From the IMG/VR virus record IMGVR_UViG_3300013093_000017, positions 165,676 through 229,675 of that record: a stretch of DNA of 64,000 nt; one strand, given 5' to 3'. The notes under the pieces were generated by a model. The model had not been told where the DNA came from. It worked only from the letters and a program-made list of their open reading frames with translations, and did no database searches. This document shows, one piece after another, positions 58,580 through 64,000 of the stretch (its first letter is position 1; the number at the start of each line of letters is the position of its first letter). A program made the translations under genes and the position numbers.

Positions 58580-59413
58580 ATGTCATTCCCATTAAATCCA
58601 GTAGATGGACAAAAAGCCACAAGGAATAACATTGTCTATACCTACTCGGCTATAACAAATAGTTGGCGTAGAGATTTCAATAATCTAATAGATAGATTAA
58701 CTCTAGCGGGCAATTACAATTCAACTTCTACAACTGATGGTACACTTGTAGTCTACGGTGGAGTGGGCATCACTGAGAATCTTAATGTTGGCGGATCAAC
58801 GGAATTACTTGGCACATTAAAGGTAGACGGTGAAGTTACATTAAGTCCAACAGGCGCCGACGTTTTCATAGAACCAACTAGTGGCGGAACACTGATAATA
58901 GCACCAAGTGCCTATGGTTATATTGATAATATGATTATTGGTGGCAACACTCCGAAGATTGGATATTTCACAGACCTAGTAGTTGAAGACACTACTCCAA
59001 GTATTAATACAGGATCGGGTGCATTGACTGTTGCAGGTGGCGCAGGCATTGCTGGAGATTTGTGGGTTGGCGGTACAATTTACGGTAATGTTTCTACAAC
59101 ATCAACAGCTAATCTTGGAAATCCGTGGCAAATCATTCAAACTAATTATACCGCTACAACTAAAGATAGACTAATGATCAGCACAACAATCACAGCCGTA
59201 ACAGTTACATTACCGTTAGCACCAACATTTGGAGACTGGATACAGTTCGTAGATTATGGTGGTAGTTTTGGCGTAAACACGGCAACTATTGCCAGAAATA
59301 GTGAATTAATCATGGAAATTCCTGAAGATATGATCATAGATTTTCCGTATGCGGCTAATACCTTAATATATGCCGGAATAGATGAAGGTTGGAAACTAGG
59401 AGCAGTAATGTAA
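58580..59413 (+). CDS. Tail fibre-associated structural protein
   Basis: MSFPLNP N-terminus; G(A/T)LxVxGGxGI repeats; VTLPLAPTFGDWIQFVD baseplate-attachment-like motif. Confidence 0.65.
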   Translation: MSFPLNPVDGQKATRNNIVYTYSAITNSWRRDFNNLIDRLTLAGNYNSTSTTDGTLVVYGGVGITENLNVGGSTELLGTLKVDGEVTLSPTGADVFIEPTSGGTLIIAPSAYGYIDNMIIGGNTPKIGYFTDLVVEDTTPSINTGSGALTVAGGAGIAGDLWVGGTIYGNVSTTSTANLGNPWQIIQTNYTATTKDRLMISTTITAVTVTLPLAPTFGDWIQFVDYGGSFGVNTATIARNSELIMEIPEDMIIDFPYAANTLIYAGIDEGWKLGAVM

Positions 59414-60660
59414 TGTCATTTTATACTCAATTTAAACCAGGTGCAGGAGTAACTAAATTATACGCAGGTACTGATACCTCAGTAAGTACCTCCACTGGTG
59501 CAGTAACAGTATGGGATATCAGTACATTACAAACAGTAACTGATCGCGGAAATTCTACAACTGACAATATTAGTATATTAAACACTGCTAGTTCAACCTC
59601 AACAAACACTGGCGCATTAGTTGTCAGTGGTGGAGTTGGGATCAGTGAAAACTTAAATGTCGGTAGCCACATATACATTAATGGTATTAATGTAGGATAC
59701 GGGTACACTGGATCTATAGGATATGTTGGATCAATTGGATATGCTGGATCACAAGGAACTACTGGATATGTTGGATCACAGGGTGATATCGGATATGTCG
59801 GATCAGTCGGTTCGTTCTCTGGAACAACCGATCAACCAATAATTACCACAAATGCAACTGCAAGTACAGATACTACCACCGGAGCATTAATTGTCACAGG
59901 TGGCGCAGGCATAGGCGGCGATATTTACGTTGGTGCTACATTAAATGCAGCAGGTACAAGCAATCTAAGTCTAACTAATATTAGTCCACAGTTACTGGTT
60001 ACAAGTAATCCTTTAGATACATTAAATTCTGCTACGATTGTATTAACCAGCACTGCTCCTGTGGGATATAGTGCCTTTACTATTCAAAATACAGGAACAA
60101 GTGGCCGTAGTTATACCATCGATGTTGGTGGTAACAATCGTGCCCTAACTGGCGGTACCAGCATCAATGAAGGTAACTTAACCATCTATGACAATGTAGC
60201 ATCTGCCTACAGAATGGTTATAACCAAAGCAGGTAATATGTTAGTAGGCACTACTACTAGTACCGGCGATATGCTAGTGGTTAATGGGTCAATTAATGCC
60301 ACAACTGCTACATTCTCTGGACCGGTTACTATTGAAACCTCACTACTGCAAACTACGGTAACTTTGGTAAATACAACTACAGCAACCGTGGTAGATAGCT
60401 TTGTGGCAGCAAATTATAGAAGCTGCAAGAGCTTTATACAGATACAAGACGGGTCAAATTTTGAATTAACTGAGATAGTGTTGTTACACGATGATCTCGG
60501 ACAGGTTTATAAGAGTGAATATGGTATTATTGCCACAAGCGGCGAGCTAGGTACATTCACAGCAGATTTACAAGGCGATGGAATAGTAAGATTATACTAC
60601 ACAGCAAGTGCGCCAAGTAGTAAAACAATTAAAGTGGTAAAAACAGCAATAGCTGCTTAA
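59413..60660 (+). CDS. Tail fibre-like structural protein
   Basis: Start ATG 59413 overlaps the upstream TAA; GALxVxGG and GYxGS repeats. Confidence 0.65.
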   Translation: MSFYTQFKPGAGVTKLYAGTDTSVSTSTGAVTVWDISTLQTVTDRGNSTTDNISILNTASSTSTNTGALVVSGGVGISENLNVGSHIYINGINVGYGYTGSIGYVGSIGYAGSQGTTGYVGSQGDIGYVGSVGSFSGTTDQPIITTNATASTDTTTGALIVTGGAGIGGDIYVGATLNAAGTSNLSLTNISPQLLVTSNPLDTLNSATIVLTSTAPVGYSAFTIQNTGTSGRSYTIDVGGNNRALTGGTSINEGNLTIYDNVASAYRMVITKAGNMLVGTTTSTGDMLVVNGSINATTATFSGPVTIETSLLQTTVTLVNTTTATVVDSFVAANYRSCKSFIQIQDGSNFELTEIVLLHDDLGQVYKSEYGIIATSGELGTFTADLQGDGIVRLYYTASAPSSKTIKVVKTAIAA

Positions 60661-60673
60661 GGGAAAATAACAA

Positions 60674-63600
60674 ATGGCAACAATAAAAGATTTCATAGTC
60701 AAAGCTGGTCTCCAGATTGAAAGCTCAACTAATTCCACCAGTACTAATACTGGTGCCTTACGTGTACAAGGTGGTGCAGGCATTGCTGGCGATTTGTGGG
60801 TTGGTGGCACAATCTACATGCAGGGCGCAGGCCTTGATTCTGTAAGCAGTACAACTGGTACATTTGTCAATGTTTATGTAACTGGTACTAACGTAGCCAC
60901 TAATACATATTCTGGTGCTGTAGTTGTCACAGGCGGTATGGGTGTTGGCGGTAGCTTATATGGTACTGCATTATATGACAGTGGTGCTCGTGTACTTACT
61001 ACTGCTACTATTGGCAGCTTTGGTGTTAGCGTACTAACAGCAGGAACAGATACTGCGGTCAGCGCATCTTCCGGTCCAGTAACTATTTGGGATACTAGTA
61101 CTTTACAAAGTGTAACTAGTCGTGGTGCTACAACTAATAATGCTATCATCATTACAAATGCTAGTGTAAGTACTGGTTCAACTACTGGTGCATTACAGAT
61201 AACAGGTGGATTGGGTGTAGGTGGTGTGGCAAATATCGCTTCACAATTAACTGTTGGTTTAAACTACGGTTATAACACCCTAACAAACACAATTGCATAC
61301 TTTGGTGCAAACACCTCAACATTTGCTCAGGTTAATCTACAGAACATTGGCGGCGGCACCAGTTCATCAGTTGACTTTATTGCAACAGCCAATAACGGTA
61401 ATGACACAACTGGCTATATCGACCTAGGTATTAACAATAGTTCATTTTCTGATGCATCATTTACCATTGTTGGTGCAGGCGATGGTTACTTATATTCACA
61501 AGGTGGTAACTTTGGTATTGGTGCAGCAGCATCAGGTAAAGATATCATATTCTTCCAAGGCGACACCTTAGCTGCTAATGAAGTAGGTCGTTGGGCAAAT
61601 GGTCAAGGCCTAACAATTAAACAAGGTACTAACGCCAGCAATACCAACACTGGTGCATTGATTGTACAAGGCGGCTCGGGCATTTGGGGTAACTTGTTTG
61701 TTGGTGGCAACACTAATCTACAGGGTGTAACAGCTACCACACTAACATTGTCTAGTACATTAAACGCTGCGGCTGCAAACTTTAGTGGTCAAGTGGCAAT
61801 CACCAATACCACAAACGGTACAAGTACCAGCACAGGACAGGCATTATTAGTAAGTGGTGGGGTTGGTGTAGGTGGTAATGTTTACTCAAGCGGTAACATT
61901 GTTACTTTAAATTCTACCGCAGCCACACAAGCAGGCGCTGGCGCAGTACAGGTAAGTGGTGGTGTTTACATTGCCAACAACTTGGTTGTTAACGGGTCAG
62001 GTTCAAGTACCAGTACCACAGCAACCAACGCATTAGTTGTAACTGGTGGTGCTAACATTGGTAAAAACTTGATTGTTGGCGGTCCAACAATATTCCAAGA
62101 TACTGTAACATTCAATGGTACTGCAACCTACGTTTATTCAACAAATACCTACTACACAGATAATATTATTGAAATACATACCCCACCGGGTGGTGTTTAT
62201 AGTAATTGGGAGTATGACGACGGTAAAGATATCGGATTCCGTTTCCACTACTATGCTAACAGTACAGACACAAATGCTGCTCTAGTATTAGCTGATGATA
62301 CTAAAATGTTGGAATGGTACGGTTCAGGTGCTGAATCAAGCACAGGTACATTTGCAGGCGCAGCATACGGTGGTATTAAAACTGGTTACATGTATTTGGT
62401 CACAGCCACAAATGCTACCAGCGCCAGCACAGGTGCACTACAATTACGTAATGGTGGTTTAGGTGTTGCCTTAGATGGTTGGTTTGGTGGTGTAGGTACA
62501 TTTAACAGTACCACAGACACCACAGGTGCAGGCACAGGTGGATTGATCACCTTAGGTGGTCTAGGCATTTCCAAAGCTGTTTACGTGGGTACCACAGCCA
62601 CAGTAGCAGGTGCAGGATCAAGTTCGTCAGGTGTTGCTGGTAACGCATTACAGGTAACCACAGGTGGCCTAGGTGTCAACGGTGCAGGTTACTTTGGTGG
62701 CGCAGTACTAGTAGCATCAAATACCAACGGTACCAGCACAAGTTCAGGTCAAGCATTATTAGTCACTGGCGGGGTTGGTATTGGTGCTAATTTATATGTC
62801 GGTGGACTAGCAGTACATCAAAATACCACAGATGCAGCTCTAACCAGTGCAGGTTCAAGTGGCTCTATACAGACCACTGGTGGTGCAGGTGTTGCCAAAA
62901 ACCTAGCAGTAGGCGGAACAATTTCACGCACCGGTGCTGTAAGTCAAGCAAGTTGGCAAGGTGCAACTGGTGTGGCATTAAACCTAGCAGCCGCAACCTA
63001 CACAGATACAACCACAGCAGGTACAGTACAAGGTCCAAATGCAGCAACATGGTTAGGTCAACCTACCCTGGCAGCAACCAACACCAGTACCTATACTGAT
63101 GCGGCTACTTTATATATTGCCAATGCTCCAACAAATGGCACAAACGTAACATTAACCAATCCCTACGCATTATTAGTTGCCAACGGGGTAGTTGGTATTA
63201 GATCTACAACCAGTGCCACAAGCACCTCAACTGGTGCATTGCAGATTGCAGGCGGGGTGGGCATCGGTGGTAGTGTATATGCTGGCCCTATCTACTCAAA
63301 CGGTAGTGCTGTTATTACTTCAGCAAGTTTAGGTAGTTATGGTGTTTCAACTATTGCAGCTGGTACAGATACTTCAGTATCAACAAGTATTGGTGCTGTG
63401 ACTGTTTGGAATAACAGTACATTACAAACAATTACTAACCGCGGTGCTACAACCAATAATGCATTAAGCATCACCAACACAACAATCAGTGCCAGCACTA
63501 ACTCAAGTCAGGCATTATTAGTAAGTGGTGGTATTGGTGCTCAAGCAGTTTACGCAGGTGCATTATATGATACTGGTAATAGAGTTGTTACCAGCGTGGC

Positions 63601-64000
63601 AATCACCACTGGTACTAATGGTATTACTGTTTCGACTTCAACTAACGGTACTGCTGTTTCATTCACAGTTAACAACACTGGTGTTACAAGTTTAACATCC
63701 AGCGGTGCAGGACTAGGTGTTAGTGCAGCCACAGGTGCTGTCACATTAACCAATCTAGGTGTTACCAGCATCTCTGGTACAACAAATCAAATATCAGCAA
63801 GTGCCAGTACTGGTTCAGTAACATTAAGTTTCCCTTCCGGTGGTATTACAACCACAAATGTTACAGCTACCAGCAACGTTTATGTAACTGGTTCAGCAAT
63901 TGCCACTGGTGCAAGCTCTGGTGCACTACAGGTAACAGGTGGTGCTAGTGTAAATGCTAACTTATACGTAGGTACAACTGCCACAGTAGCAGGCACATTA
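60674..64000 (+). CDS. Long tail fibre-like protein (>1,109 aa, 3'-truncated; not in ORF track)
   Basis: ATG 60674 (MATIKDFIVKAGLQIESSTNSTSTNTGALRVQGGAGIAGDLWVGG...); frame appears open to the window end; many GALxVxGGxGxxG repeats. Confidence 0.85.
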   Translation, partial: MATIKDFIVKAGLQIESSTNSTSTNTGALRVQGGAGIAGDLWVGGTIYMQGAGLDSVSSTTGTFVNVYVTGTNVATNTYSGAVVVTGGMGVGGSLYGTALYDSGARVLTTATIGSFGVSVLTAGTDTAVSASSGPVTIWDTSTLQSVTSRGATTNNAIIITNASVSTGSTTGALQITGGLGVGGVANIASQLTVGLNYGYNTLTNTIAYFGANTSTFAQVNLQNIGGGTSSSVDFIATANNGNDTTGYIDLGINNSSFSDASFTIVGAGDGYLYSQGGNFGIGAAASGKDIIFFQGDTLAANEVGRWANGQGLTIKQGTNASNTNTGALIVQGGSGIWGNLFVGGNTNLQGVTATTLTLSSTLNAAAANFSGQVAITNTTNGTSTSTGQALLVSGGVGVGGNVYSSGNIVTLNSTAATQAGAGAVQVSGGVYIANNLVVNGSGSSTSTTATNALVVTGGANIGKNLIVGGPTIFQDTVTFNGTATYVYSTNTYYTDNIIEIHTPPGGVYSNWEYDDGKDIGFRFHYYANSTDTNAALVLADDTKMLEWYGSGAESSTGTFAGAAYGGIKTGYMYLVTATNATSASTGALQLRNGGLGVALDGWFGGVGTFNSTTDTTGAGTGGLITLGGLGISKAVYVGTTATVAGAGSSSSGVAGNALQVTTGGLGVNGAGYFGGAVLVASNTNGTSTSSGQALLVTGGVGIGANLYVGGLAVHQNTTDAALTSAGSSGSIQTTGGAGVAKNLAVGGTISRTGAVSQASWQGATGVALNLAAATYTDTTTAGTVQGPNAATWLGQPTLAATNTSTYTDAATLYIANAPTNGTNVTLTNPYALLVANGVVGIRSTTSATSTSTGALQIAGGVGIGGSVYAGPIYSNGSAVITSASLGSYGVSTIAAGTDTSVSTSIGAVTVWNNSTLQTITNRGATTNNALSITNTTISASTNSSQALLVSGGIGAQAVYAGALYDTGNRVVTSVAITTGTNGITVSTSTNGTAVSFTVNNTGVTSLTSSGAGLGVSAATGAVTLTNLGVTSISGTTNQISASASTGSVTLSFPSGGITTTNVTATSNVYVTGSAIATGASSGALQVTGGASVNANLYVGTTATVAGTL

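Noticed and set aside
2114-63771. Many short ORFs antisense to or overlapping long genes (e.g. 12249-12695, 17879-18457, 33242-33832, 36635-37177)
   Set aside because: Shadow ORFs produced by codon bias of the real genes on the other strand or frame; no RBS or recognisable motifs.
1-64000. Stop-codon reassignment or diversity-generating retroelement
   Set aside because: Conserved genes are full length in the standard code and TAG/TGA terminate them. No reverse transcriptase and no TR/VR pair differing only at adenines was seen.

Overview
This 64-kb window is AT-rich DNA from a large T4-superfamily myophage and uses the standard genetic code. I saw no tRNA, rRNA or CRISPR array. Left arm (- strand, 1-21.5 kb): baseplate module, with a >3,690-aa giant wedge protein running off the window edge (absent from the ORF track), gp6, gp25, gp5 with a C-terminal lytic-transglycosylase domain, a hub protein, and gp53-like and gp48/54-like genes. 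Middle (+): late sigma factor gp55, gp47/gp46 (Mre11/Rad50-like) with two inserted homing endonucleases, an Hc1 histone-like protein, a minimal GIY-YIG gene followed by a ~430-nt highly structured non-coding element, and two head-internal-type proteins. Next come a gp26/gp51-like pair (-), a tape measure gene and the head module (gp20, core proteins, gp21, gp22, gp23). Right arm (+): virion and fibre genes, including a 2,474-aa protein with ten ~160-aa repeats and collagen-like/beta-helix fibres; the last ORF runs off the right edge. Main highlights: (1) a candidate large structured ncRNA coupled to a catalytic-domain-only GIY-YIG nuclease; (2) tandem phycobiliprotein-like C-x-R-D repeats in a virion protein; (3) a candidate -1 programmed frameshift fusing the gp26-like and gp51-like ORFs next to the tape measure gene; (4) TAAATA late promoters, several positioned to make leaderless mRNAs. 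All assignments come from motif recognition by eye; no searches were run.
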